Position numbers and translations under genes: made by a program. The notes beneath the pieces were generated by a model. That model ran no database searches. It saw only the letters and a program-made list of their open reading frames with translations, and was not told where the DNA came from. DNA of 57,552 bases, filler included, from Sphacelaria rigidula (Eukaryota): the NCBI GenBank assembly GCA_964200075.2. It is 7 parts of 7 records of this genome, joined end to end, with 100 filler letters (N's around TTAATTAATTAA, not from the genome) between each part and the next. Parts side by side here need not be neighbours in the genome. Positions count along the whole stretch, not along the records: positions 8,237 to 16,372 come from CAXNAA020012164.1; positions 16,473 to 24,608 come from CAXNAA020012165.1; 5 more parts are not named here. One strand, written 5' to 3'. This document shows, piece by piece, positions 10,862-23,672 of this stretch (positions are counted from its first letter, which is position 1; every line of letters starts with the position of its first letter).

Positions 10862-12692
10862 ATGCCGAGAAAGAAATCCGCCCACAAAAATTCCACCAGC
10901 ACAACTACTCAGGGAAGGGTCACTGCGAAGACCGCCGAGCATCCAACCGTGGCCGTCACACCATCAACTTCCACCTCGGCGGCGAAAGCGGCAGAGTCCA
11001 GAGGCGCAGCGAAACCAGTAGTACCTGCGCCGGCCGACACAACCCTGCCCGCTCAACCTTCGTATCGCCACGAGGGGGAAAGCGACAGCGACAACTCTGA
11101 CGACTCTGAGCGGAGCAACGATATCCGTCAAGTTTCTACCGGTAGGTTTGATGCGCTATGCGACCCCACCAAGCTATCCTCATTCTCTACACCAACCCCT
11201 ACGCCACAACCCACCATCAAGGAAAAGGCAGCAGAGCTCGCCTATAGGGCGTTGGAGAGAAGCGACGAAGAGGGTACGGAGCCAGCTCCGTGGGTGATGC
11301 AAGCTTTGGGGTTTTCGGTACCGCAAGAGCAGGGAGTTTCACAGGTGTCGAAATCGAGCAGCCTAGTAGCATCGGAAATAGAGAATCTAAGTAACAATGC
11401 CATGCTACAAAACAATACGAGTGAACCCCAGGATCATGTCAATGATCCAGTCGATAATGTCGAGGTCGAAGTGCCTAACACTACGCCGATCCAATCCACA
11501 GAGAGCTCAGGGACTTTGACGTTAGATCCGCCAACAAGCCTCACTGACGTACAAGAAAACACGAACAACGTAGAGCCTCTGTCTAGTTCAGTGCTGACTC
11601 CGCCATCTACAAGCCATAGTAGCACCATGACAACTCAAAAGTGTTCGATGAAACAATCGGATCTCCCATCAACGTAAACCCTTCAAGGAAAACGGAGTGA
11701 GGACGTGCCAGCAATTCTCCATGCGTTTCTCAAACGAGTTGGGATTCATGCCCCTGACGATTGCACAGAATCCACAATACAACGGCACGCCATAACGCAC
11801 TTACCACGTATCCTCAGAGGGTCAGCAGAAACGTTATGCATCCCTCTCGGAAGCGGAAAAGTAGAGTGGCGCCCACTAGCTGTACTGCAAGACCTCAAAT
11901 CGAGAGGAAAATATACCGCACCCATCTCCCCCGAAAACGTGGACAGAATGGGCAGCGGCCTACACCCATCGCTTCTCTCCACCAAACCAACTGGCACTAT
12001 TAGCCCATGCGATAGCCAATCTGGAACACGAAAAAGATCAGAAGGTAGACGACTATGCACTGGAGTGTACGACTTCCATGGACATATTCGCGACCGAGGC
12101 CTTGCGGGTGAAATTTCCTAGCCACAACACGCCTCGCTTCATAATAACACGCCTCGCTTCATAATAGACGTGATCACAACAGCAGCATTTGAGACGGGGC
12201 TCAAACCCCATATCAGAGTTGAAATGGTGAGAGAAGATAGTACGCTCGACTTCCAAACTGCGACAGCGCTAGCGAAAAAACACGAACGAAATAACCTCCG
12301 CACATGGCCAAACCCAACGGGAGACACTCCCCATGTCTCGGCCGCAACCGCAAATTCCCCACGTCCACAGCTAGCAGAAATGATACCTGATCATGACGCA
12401 ATCCTTACGGACCTTCAGTCGCAGTTAAAAGCGATCCATGGAAAGAGGGAGAGCGGAGAAACGGTCTGCTAGCATAGACAGGAGCGCGAGTAGATCAGGG
12501 GGAGAGTTGAAAAAAGTACGCTTCAAGGATAGTAATGGTAAGAGTACGTCCAATGACAAGCAGTTTAGCGGTAAAACGAAACAATCAGCCCGTTGTGAGT
12601 ACGCACCATGCAGATACAAGAACACACACGAGATATCAGATTGCTGTCTTATGCAGAGCCATGTAGACTTTGCAAAAAAGTACAACCCGTGA
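10862..12692 (+). pseudogene. gag: Gypsy gag, frameshifted
   Basis: S/T/P-rich N-terminus, AFETGLKPHIR capsid-like segment, CEYAPCRYKNTHEISDC knuckle; 20-bp tandem duplication at 12126-12165 breaks the frame. Confidence 0.7.
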
Positions 12693-12803
12693 AGACGCCC
12701 AAGAGAGGATCCCTCGTCTGATCAGGGCAGAAACGGCAAATCCTCACGTAGAAAATCGAGGGAAATAGAAGGACGCGAAATCGTCAACCCTCTGGCTCGT
12801 AAG

Positions 12804-15800
12804 ATGAGAGAGTTTCATTTTTCTGCCAGTACAGCAGACCGACCACGGAGAATGCGTAAGAGGTCTCGGGTAGAGGTCAACCATGTACGAGATGAGCACG
12901 AGCAGGAGCATAGCAGCAGAGAGCAGAGTACAAATAGCGAATGCGTAGAACAGACGCAACGTATGTTTTTACCTCCGCAGGCGGCTTTTGTGAGTAACTC
13001 ATTGCAGAAAAATAAAAAATCGAAACACCAATCTTCTTTTTTAAACCCGATCCTAAATGATCACTGTTATGACTCTTACAACGCATCTTCGCTTGCTAGA
13101 TATACAGTTGCACCCTTAGTACTGTCCTGTGCATCAGCCCGTGTGAGAGTCACAGCCAGAGTAAACGGCGCCCTCGCTGAAAAAATCACAATTGATTCCG
13201 CAGCAGATGTGTCCTGTATCAGCAAAAGGTTCATCGATGAACAACCGGCCATAATGGCAGCTGATATAAAGTCAGAACCGCCGGGGTCGATAGACCTCAG
13301 AAGTGCGGACGGCTCCCCCATGAAAATTCTAGGTTTCATACGTTTCGAACTTACGTTAGGGATAAAAACCCTACCAGTAGAAGCGTTCGTATTGCCTAAC
13401 CTAGGACCGGATTGCCCGTTACTGGACAATTCCGTTATGAGTGCTTCTCAAGCTATACTCGACTGGCAAGCGGAAGAGCTAACATTCCGTGATTCCAGTA
13501 TCAAAATTAAAGCATCGCATCGAAAACAACAGCGTTCACAAAATACAACACACCCCGAAACGATGCATTGTTCTGTAGTCAGTATGGAATGTTCAAACGC
13601 TTTTCCAGTTTTTCTCACGAAGAAATGCAATGTGCCCCCGCAGAGTGAGATGGCAGTATTATTTGAAACGGAAAACACCCCGTCAAGAACAACAGCAGCC
13701 GTCGTAGAGCCACGCATTATAACCGAAGAAGACATTCGATCAACCCATGTACCCCAAGCGTTCACGCGCATCATCGTTGCAAGGACGGTGTGCACATGGT
13801 CGGCAACAAATACGACGGCAATGGTACAAATCGCCAATCCGTCGAATCGACATGTGAACCTGAAACGTAATACGATTTTAAGCTATGTCACCCCAGTACG
13901 AATAACAAAACCAGCTACAGTCAGCGCAATGGCGCGAAATAAGGTGTCAGAGAAAATGCGAAAAAGGAATTACATCCAGCTTTACGCAAAGCTTTCGAAA
14001 ATACGACTTCCCCCCCGGAACAGTGCTCTCAAATACCGGATCTTTGCGCAAAATACCGTTCTGTGTTTTCACTTACTCCGCAGGAGTTGGGCTGTTGTAC
14101 GTTAGATGAAGCACGCTTTCCGCTCAAACCTGGGACTCAGCCAATAGACCGAGCACCATATAGAGCAAACCCCAGAGTGTAAGACGCAATCGACAAATGC
14201 GTCGACCAGATGGAAAAATATCGTATAGTCGAACAACGCCCAAGCCCGTGGGGACCAGCGGTTACAACAGTCGCGAAAGCAGACAGAACAGCACGATTTT
14301 GCGTAGAATATTGAGCAACGACAAATAGAAACTTGATTCGCAAATCATGGCCCATGCCAGCTATCGAAAGCCACATAGATACAGTAGCAGGGGCGAAATT
14401 CGTAACAGTTTGCGATGTACAAAGTGCGTTCCACCAGATACCAGTGACGGAAAGCGAAAAAGAGAAAACAGCGTTTGTAACTCAAAGAGGGAAATGGGTG
14501 TTCAACCGGTTACCATTTGGTTTCGCGTGTTCACCTTTTATCTTCTCACGCATAATGGGACTAGCATTTGCACACTTCGGACCTAAGAGTGGCTTACTAG
14601 TGTACATGGATGACATAATTCGTTGTTCATCAAGCTGGGAGAGTCATCTCACCCTACTAGAAAGCACGTTCAAAGCACGGCGAACAGCAGGCCTTACACT
14701 GAAGCCGACGAAAATCCAATTTTGTTCAGAGCGGGTCAAATACTTGGGCCATGTACTGTCCGCAGATGGCATCAGAGTGAGTGATGAAAGAATAAAAGCT
14801 ATCCTCGACTTGCCGAAACCCACCAATATCAAAGAGTTGAGATCAGTACAACAAATTTCGTACGGAAGTTCATACCAGGCTTAGCTACAACCATAGCACC
14901 ACTGGTAGATCTCACGTAAAAAAGGAGCGGCAAAACAAGTGTCGAAACTCTGGAATACTGAACATGATGAAGCCTTCGAGAAAATAAAAGGATTCATGAC
15001 TGAGGCACCTGTCCTTCATTTTCCAGATTTCACGAAATACTTCATCATAAACGTTGATGCCTCAGACCGTGGGGCCGGGGCCTACCTTTCTCAAAGGAAA
15101 GGCGAAGACGAGGCAATCGTAGCATACTCCAGTCAACGTTTCAACGACGCCCAGGTCTGCTATTCGCCCACCATGAAAGAATGTTTCGCGGTCGTACTAG
15201 CGATCGACTATTTCAGAGTGTTTCTCTGGGGACGTCACTTTACGTGTGTAACAGACCATCATGCCGCTGTTCGATATTTGTATGCGATGCAGTATACAAG
15301 TAATACGTTGACCCGATGGGCGATCGCATTGCAATCGTATGATTTCACGGTCAAACATAAACCGGGGAAACTTCATGTTATACCGGACACCCTTTCACGG
15401 CTGTTCGCGTTCTAAAAGCCACAGGAAGCAGAAATCAAGCCGGTGCTTGCGCCGATATGCCGTAACGTCTCAGAAATCCTGAGTTACAAATAGCTAAGCC
15501 ACAACATCAGTTCCAGATTTCAGCTGAAAAGATCGAAAATTTGAAACCGGTGCAAAGTGATCGAGAGTTGTTCACCATGAAATAAGTACACGTAAGCGCA
15601 GCAAACGTCTTCACGTCAATCAACCACAACAGATTTCGAGAAGAGCAAGCACTAGAGTACGGACCCTACATCCAATATATCACGGAACAATATGCCCCGA
15701 TACCAGAAAAAGAATCGCTCACATCGATGTCACATTATTCAGTACATGACGGGATTTTGTTAAAGTCTTATTTGCCAGGACACTTGAAAAACGAAGCACA

Positions 15801-16310
15801 GTTCGTGAACAACTAGTGCTACCTAAGACCCTAATAGGTTTGGTGCTACATTCGTACCACGACCATGAACTATCCGGGGGCCATTTAGAATTCAAGCGAA
15901 CACACGACAAGATCCGACCGAGGTATTATTGGCCATCAATGAATCGCGATATAAAGGATTGGTGCTTGAAATGTCAAAACTGCCAACGCCGAAAACCGCC
16001 CTGCCGGCAGAAATTGTCAATGGGACACGTTCCGGTAGAAAGGCCAGATGAACGAGCGTCGGTTGACCTGGTTGAATACAAAACGGCTTCAATGTCCAAC
16101 ACCGGAGTACTATGTAAATACGCACTGTCAGTAATGGACCACCTCACAAGGTATGCCTTGCTCATTCCAGTTCCGAATTAACCAGTCACGGCGATAGCCA
16201 AAACCCTTATCGACAGAGTTTTTACAACATTTGGCATCTCAATGAAGCGTCATAGCGATCACGGAGCCGGGTTTGAGAACAAATTAATGTACGCACTGCA
16301 ACGGGAGTTA
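12804..16310 (+). pseudogene. pol: Gypsy pol (protease, RT, RNase H, integrase), disrupted
   Basis: ITIDSAADVSCI; RLPFGF and VYMDDII; INVDASDRGAGA and CVTDH; HHCC (HDHELSGGH...CQNC); SVDL, MDHLTRY and HSDHGAGFEN. Confidence 0.93.
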
Positions 16311-16372
16311 TGTGTTGTGTTGTCGTCCCATTTATTCTGGGCACCAGTCTACACCTTTCGGTGTATGTGGGT
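16311..16372 (-). mobile_element. SINE 3' tail inserted in the Gypsy integrase
   Basis: Reverse complement of CCCACATAYACCGAAAGGTGTAGACTGG...GGGACGACAACAC. Confidence 0.85.
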
Positions 16373-16472
16373 NNNNNNNNNNNNNNNNNNNNNNNNNNNN
16401 NNNNNNNNNNNNNNNNTTAATTAATTAANNNNNNNNNNNNNNNNNNNNNNNNNNNNNNNNNNNNNNNNNNNN
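16373..16472. other. Artificial contig linker
   Basis: Same N44-TTAATTAATTAA-N44 spacer. Confidence 0.97.
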
Positions 16473-17869
16473 TTGCTTAATCCTTGGAGCGCGGTGCCGG
16501 TAGTCCATCTGGACCACGTGTACTTTTTCAAGTGAATATTGATGCCGATTCAGCAGGTGACCTACTCTCGCGGTCTAACGGTTAACTCCTCCTGCGGAGT
16601 TTTGGGGAGGAAGATACTTTCGCTCTGTGTTACTGTTTCGTATCTTCCCTGCAACAGAGAAATGCGACTTCAACCTCATTTTTTGTTTCAACCCTAAAAA
16701 TTAGGATCCGCCGTTCTTTGCTGTACATATTCCATATACGCTGCAACAAGTATTGGATTTCTACAGCACGAGTGCCCTCAGAAATGTTTCAGACCATTCG
16801 ATTTTGACACAAACCCTCGAGAGAGACCCCGATGTTGAAACCCCTCTAGAGGATTACGAATGCCTGAGATCCTTTGGTAAGGAGTTTCGAAACAGACGAC
16901 ATATTGGGACAGGTTTGAAAAACTAAATGCAGTATTTTCGAGGCTAGTCGAATGGTCGCGCGCCAGCGGATATATTTCACTTGAGCGCATATCCCGACAT
17001 GTACTCGGATCCAACCAGCACTTGTGCAGAACTGACTCACCTTATTTGCAACTTTTTCTGAGGAAGGGTGGTTCCTGATCGTTCAGAAGTTCGAAAAATG
17101 GACGTGGTTCAGCGGAAGATCGCTCCATAATGCAACTCTTGCTGGAAATAAAAGATTCATCTGCAAATTCGATCACACACACTGTTCGGACCAACAGTTC
17201 AGGTTTGAAGTTCGCGATATGAAACGGAGAGGGGTCACTGATATCCCGACAGCAACTGGGAGTATAACCGCGTCCTTCAGCCTATTCATCACGAAATATC
17301 GGTTAATGAACCGCGAGTCCTCCAGAGTGTCGTTGTCTGTTATCCGACGGGTCAGTTCAGTGGGTACGACTGGTATAGTCAGTCAGAGGACGCGACTGCC
17401 CCCCGATCAGGAGGGTATACACGCATTCACTGTACTACTAGGCAAGCCAAAAACAAGGGAGTGAGCGAGTAGGCATAGCTACACACGCGACTCATGCCAC
17501 GATGGGGCGGGGGGGGGGACGGGGGATGTTTAATTCCACGAAACAAAGGGCTGGTATGTATGTCGGACGACCTAGCAAACTCGCGGTGCGCTTGTAGAGC
17601 TATATGGATTTTGAAGTATATTTTCGTGGAAAAAATGATCGAAATTACCGACCCCTCCCCCCCTTATCACAGCATGACTCGCACGACCATCAACTCACAC
17701 GACCACCAAGGCCATACGCATGTGAGTCCACAACACGCCAACTCGGGAATTAAATCCCGCTGCAGGTAATGGTGAAAACATGGACAGAAATGTCGGGCTG
17801 CTGTGTCATAGATCCAGCACCGTACACCCTGCATACTACTCTCTCCACAAGAACAGAGTCGTGTAACAC

Positions 17870-18062
17870 TGTAATGCGTGAGAGGACCGCGTGCTTAGAG
17901 GACCGCATCGGAATTTGAACATCCCTATGGTTAGGGTTAGGGTTGTTGTAGGGGGCGTGGTACTTGAAGGGACTGGTCCGATTGATTTTGAAAAACGTCG
18001 ATCCTGAGGTGTTTTGAACTACGGCGTGGTCCTCCAAGCACGCGGTCCTCTCACGCATTACA
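17870..18062. mobile_element. Ginger/TDD-like MITE (TGT termini, ~35-bp TIR, 4-bp TSD ACAC) with internal TTAGGG repeats
   Basis: TGTAATGCGTGAGAGGACCGCGTGCTTRGAGGACC inverted at both ends; ACAC at 17866-17869 and 18063-18066. Confidence 0.85.
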
Positions 18063-18788
18063 ACACCATCGACGGCGTTTGTACCTCGTGATCGCACAAC
18101 CTTCTCTCTATCGTATCGTTATCATCAAGGAAAAACTAGGATAACTCTGCCCAATTTCAAACCCGACACGCCATATTTTACCTATGGGAGATGTTTGTGT
18201 ATTGGCAAAGTAGCTGGGGCCAATCTGGAAACGCGTTGGGAACCAAAACTGCCTTCACCTGATATCTTTATTTTTCCACAGGCAGAAACATTGTGATTCT
18301 CAACTATATTTGCACCAAGTTTCTCAAACGAAGCGCCATGCGCAATCGTCGAGATTAAACCTCCACCCCAGCGATGAAGGCGGGGACACAAGTGGACACT
18401 CTGCCTTTAATCCTCGGAACACCTTCCGCAGGTAGAGACCCTCGGGCGACCCTCTGAAGGTCCAGAATCTCCTTTGGTGACCCCCTACACGCTCTCAACA
18501 AGTTCCCGGACCCCCTGTAGCGACCCTCTTCACACCCTCTACGATGTGCAGCCTTACGTCGAGAGCAGACTGTTCACCGGTGGAGTCCGCGTGGACCACA
18601 CAGAATAATACCGCATAGTAGGCATGTTTATGCAAAAAACACAGTATAGAGGGTGCGTTCGAGGCGATATTTGATATGAGAGAAAATGCCATGGCGGCAT
18701 GTAACAGAGGATGCTGAAGGGTGAGAAGATTTCCTCGGATAGCTCGGTATACAAAAGATCACGGTTGATCTCTTTCAAGCCTGCCGTG

Positions 18789-19037
18789 ACACTTTCTACG
18801 ATAGCCCCCCCTCCCAAAGTGCATGGTTTTGGGAGGCAAAATCTGAACGGAAATCGAAATGGGGAAAGCCGAGCACAACGAGCAGCTAGGAATTCCCACG
18901 TTTGGGTTCGTTCTAGCTTATGTCGGCAATATGAGGCGCTTTATGCAGCCTGAACCCAAACATTAGGCGCTGTATGGCCATTTGTTTTCGTCACACTTTT
19001 GGGATGGTTTGGGGGGGGGGCTACCGTAGAAAGTGTC
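18789..19037. mobile_element. Complete 249-bp GACAC-TIR MITE, TSD CCGT
   Basis: GACACTTTCTACGATAGCCCCCC...GGGGGGCTACCGTAGAAAGTGTC flanked by CCGT on both sides. Confidence 0.9.
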
Positions 19038-19277
19038 CCGTAGTAATGACTTTCATTACGTGAAGTGATATGGTGTCGCGATGGGTACTGGGTTACTTCA
19101 TCGAAGTGACGCAAAAGCACACGCGTGGACATTTTGCTCTCGTCACAAGGCGGCGCATCGTGAAGAGTGTGCAGAGGGTCGCCACAGAGGGTTCTGGACC
19201 TTGTCGAGAGGGTGTGTACTAGAGGGTTGCCGCAGGGTCTTCTGAACCCTTGAAGGGTAAAAACACTTTTGAGGGTG

Positions 19278-19966
19278 AGACATTCGACTTAATTGTCGAT
19301 GAGAGAAATGGGTTGCTGAGCCCCTCTCGCGATTTTTGAAAAGGCAAGCACCGCAGAAGGCAGGTGGAGGACTAAAAGACACAAGAATGAAAAGAAAAAA
19401 CTCCTGTGTTGTTCTTCCTCGTGTGTGACCCCGGTTGGTGCGCCCACATATACCGATCAACACGGGATTATACACATTGAGGATGGACCTTTTAGTAGGG
19501 ATGAAAACCCGGAGGATTCAAATCTTCGTATCCACACCAAATCTTCGAAATATGGCTCCATTTCTTCACCTACTGATAGCTTTCGATCACTGCTACACGC
19601 CACAGAAATTTGGATTTTGATCACCGAAATGTTGACGTCCTAGGTGAAAAACCAATTTTGGGGAATTTTTGGTGTGTGTCCGTCCGGACGTTAAAATGGT
19701 TCCGTAATTAGTTGGTTTTTCACCTAAGACCACAATATTTCGGTGAACGAAATCCAAATTTTCATGGCGTGTAGCAGTTGTCAATAGCTATCAGTAGGTG
19801 AAAAACAAGAACATATTTCGGAGATTTGGTGTGGATACGAAGGTTTTAATTCTTCGGGTTTCTCGTCCCCAATAAAAGATCAATCCCCAATAATTTGTAA
19901 GATCCCGTGTTGATAGGTGTAGATTGGCGTCCAGAATAGATGGGACGACAACACACACGCACAACA
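19278..19966 (+). mobile_element. 5'-truncated SINE (TSD GAGGGTG) interrupted by a foldback MITE
   Basis: Homologous to the body and tail of 50819-51192; GAGGGTG at 19271 and 19967. Confidence 0.85.
19458..19911. mobile_element. ~450-bp foldback MITE (CAACACGGGATCTTACA TIR, ~200-bp arms)
   Basis: Near-palindromic; flanked by AT/AT; removing it restores the SINE consensus. Confidence 0.9.
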
Positions 19967-20962
19967 GAGGGTGTGTAGAAGGTCGCCGCAGGGGAATCTG
20001 GACCTTTAGAGGGTCGCCATGAGGTCTCTACCTGCGGAAGGGGTTCCGAGGGTGTAGCAAGGTGTCTAATTGTGAAGGACCCCTACGGAAAGGAAATGAA
20101 AACCAAACGTAAAGCGTACCTCGTTGCGCTGGTTGGTCGTGTTCCACAGAATTGATACGGGCGCGAAACCGAACCCATCGCGCACACGTCATCACAACTG
20201 GCGAGTTCGCAAACAGTAGAGACTCTTTCTCGTTATCAAATGTCTCTTTGCCCTCGTTGTGAGCTAGTACAGACAGGTTGAATCATTGCTACGCCTTTTC
20301 AGGCGAGATTTCTCCGACAGAAATAGTGGATGATCAAATCGTTAGGACCTCTGTATTATGCCTTCATTCGACATGGTTCGACAGGTGGACCCTTGGCCCA
20401 TCGACGAAAACACAACAAAGGTATATCCCAGTATGAAAGTGTTTTTTTTTTCACATTTATGAGATGGGCCAGCCCAGGCTCCGTCGCTACAAGCCATAGC
20501 CTATACACCGTGCAATTTGTCGAGTTTCAGGATGAAGCTTCGACATCAGAGAAACAACACAAAGGCCTACAATCTGTTCGATGATCAACCTTCTTTTTGA
20601 TCCCAAAACGAGTTCATGGAACCCGTAAGTTCAAATATTTTGTAACCTATAGTAAGGCTGATTTTTAGCTAATGCCTGTTGTTGCGGGGATCTGGTGTAT
20701 ATCACGTATGGATGCCATAGTACTATTAATACTACTGGCCAGGGATGAAGGGGTTCCGTGTCACATCAGAAAAACACCAGAAGCCGCATAAAACGTGTAG
20801 TCTCCTCCACTGTCAGCTCCCTAGCGCCAGCTGTCATTCTGTAGAGTGGTGTGTAAGGAAAAATCACTTGACCCAAAACTATGCAGCTTGTTGAAGGCCT
20901 TCACGCCGCTTCGCTAGTTGTTTTCGGCATCAAGATGTCGCAGATACCACTGAACGAAACAA

Positions 20963-22804
20963 CACGCCCTGGACGATAGACGGCATCTATTGCAATAATA
21001 GCAATAAAATCTGCCGCAGTAGATGCCAATATTGTCGTTCACAATGGCTATCGATCGACGAGGTTCTCTTTCTGTTGTCGTCGGCAATGTTCATCGGTTG
21101 ACCCCTTTCCCACACTATTGCCCGGGCAGCTTCCTAGTGTGACTCTACACCTAAAACTATTGCCGTCGACCGAATATATCGATCAATAGCTTTCCGGACA
21201 TATTGATGACGGCAATGGCCATCGATAGACAGTGTGCCAAAGATACTGATGACGGCGATGGCTATTGAGAGAGTGCGTACAAGATCTATTTAAGGCGGCA
21301 ATGATTATCGATAGATACGCACCATAATCTATTCTGGCAAACAATACCTACCGATGATAGGAAGTATGTCGTCGGCTGTCACACCTACAACACAGCATAC
21401 CATCTATAGTGCATATTATACTCTTTTTTTGAGGCACGGTAGAGAAGCCGCAGGTGAAGATGCAGGGGGTATATAATAGCAGTACTTATGAAAATATGGC
21501 GTCACGATTTTACACGTTTGGAACGGTTGTATCATGTAGGAATCTGCAATAACTATGGACATCATTTTACAATTGTTGTTGTTGGTATCATGTTGGTCCT
21601 CAGGCTTCTCCCCTCTGATGGGCATGGGCGCTTGTAGAACGTTTTTGCGTGGGTGAAATGTGCTTATACCCTGGACTATAGACCATACTATAGAACATTG
21701 CGGCTGCAACAGCCTCGAAAACTTGACTGTCAATGTTTGTTGTCAGTCATCATCGACTGGCATCACTATCTATCGATAGCTATTGTAGGCGACAATAGAT
21801 TCGGGACAAGGGTCAAAATGTATCATTGCCGTGACAATGGAGTGGTCACCTTTTCTTAGAACACATATTATTTTTTGCAATAGGCTCTGAATTGCGACCA
21901 CTAACGTCTATTACTAATCGAAGTAGGATCTGCAACGCGGCCACCAATACAAATTGTTGGTCATAATAAAATCTAAATAGCGCCCACCAATGTCTATTGC
22001 TGGTGACAACATAACCTGAATCGCGGCCACTCATGTATATCGCTGGTCACGATGCAATCTGAAACGCGGCCACCAATACCCATTGCTGGCCAAAACGGGA
22101 GCTGAATGGCTTCGATCGCAAGCTTTGTACGTCGTATGCACGTTGTCGGTAGATGTTTTTCTGCCTCATTCCACGGAAGTTATGGCCAACTACCGCCTCA
22201 GGTAGTTGCGTGTTTATGTGTGAGGGATACTGCCGTTGGTGTCATAAGACCACTGCAGTGATCCATATATTTATCAAAACCTATCGTTGGCGTCACTGGC
22301 TATCGACAGATGCTCCCTAGAACATCAATTTTTGCCGACGGCAATAGTTATTGGGAGATGCCCCAAAATCCTTTGTTGGCTGCAGAAGCTGATGATCGAC
22401 GGCTCACCAAATCTGTTGATTGCGGTTATAGGTATTGATAAATGGCTCACCTCATCTATTGATAACTGCAATAACTATAATTATTGATGGATGGCTCACC
22501 AAATCTATTGATGACGGCAATGACTATCGATGGGTGGCTTACCAAACCTATTGATAACGACAATGGCTATCGATATATACATCCCAGAATCTATTGCGGT
22601 ACACGATTTCCATCGGTGGCGGATGATCTTTATCTATTGTTATTGCCATAGGCTATCGATCGACTATTGCATCATCTATTGTTCTTCGAAATACATATCA
22701 ATAAATGCGTTTCACTATCTATAGTATTCGACAATATATAGAGTTTTCTCCCGCGTCTATTACATAAGCAATGGACTGTTTTTGTGTCCATTGTCCAGAG
22801 TGTG
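20963..22804. mobile_element. 1.84-kb non-autonomous TIR element (CACRCCCTGGAC termini) built of 43-bp repeats
   Basis: CACGCCCTGGAC...GTCCAGAGTGTG; three 43-bp-period arrays; flanks GAAACAA/CAAACAG. Confidence 0.75.
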
Positions 22805-23672
22805 CAAACAGCCAATGCTGGACATTTGGCGCCGAGGCATTTGCGTCATCTTGACAAGAAACAGGGGATCCTCAAAAATGGGACCGAATATTTTGACGGG
22901 GACGGAAACAAAATGATGAGCGGAATTGTGCGAAGTAGCACCGCTTCTGGGCACCATCGTGAAGACGGGATGCCCCTAAAAGTTTGAAGAGCTGAGCTCA
23001 GAGGTTATGGCAGCATTTCAATCGTGAAACGCGTGTCGGTTGCCTCAGAAATAAATCGCTCGCGTGGAGCTGTTTTTCCCCTCTAGCCCAAAAGCTTAGA
23101 AAAATACTTTTCCTGGAATTTCACAACACATAACAACAACTCCTCGCGGACCATTTAGATGTGTTTGTTTTTCTTCCTTCGTGGTTGCTGGGGACGTGTG
23201 AAGCTTGATCAAAATTCGATCAACGTTGCCAAAATAAGATTCCGGCAAGTTGCGACAGCCGCAATATGTTGTCCGGTGCCTTCCTGATTAATCTAGGTGA
23301 AGTATATCGTGGGGAATGAAGCCATACTGAACCTTCGTCCTGATGTTTGCACAAACAAGAGGCTCAGACTGAGTTGTTTCACCGCAATGTAAGGGTGAGT
23401 AGCAAACAGCCCACCCCAAATCAAGCTGCTGTCAAGGCAAAGATCAAGCCAATCAGTTTGAGGCGTTCACAAGAAAGGATATCCACTTGTAGTATACAGT
23501 TGCTAACCGGGAGCCAGTAGTTCCCCAATCACGGCTCACCAGCATGACTCACTTGGCACTCAGAACAAGGGTAGACCAAGGTCGATGATGTCCGACGCAA
23601 ATGGATCGAGTGAACGCAGAGGGAAGTGGGCTTCTAGATGCAACCTCAAACCAAAAAATATAATTCACATAG

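Larger units (their letters stand above)
10479..16310 (+). mobile_element. Degenerate Ty3/Gypsy LTR retrotransposon (5' LTR to mid-integrase)
   Basis: Domain order gag-PR-RT-RH-IN; many stops and frameshifts; cut by a SINE and the contig end. Confidence 0.93.
18387..20074. mobile_element. Long-TIR (foldback) element hosting three younger insertions
   Basis: 18387-18580 is the reverse complement of 19120-19260 plus 19967-20074; GGCGACCCTCT sub-repeats; exact termini uncertain. Confidence 0.75.

Noticed and set aside
17929-17944. Chromosome end or telomere
   Set aside because: Only ~2.5 units, internal to a MITE.
20988-22690. 43-bp periodic repeats as a CRISPR array
   Set aside because: No constant repeat with unique spacers, no cas genes, eukaryotic context, enclosed by TIRs.
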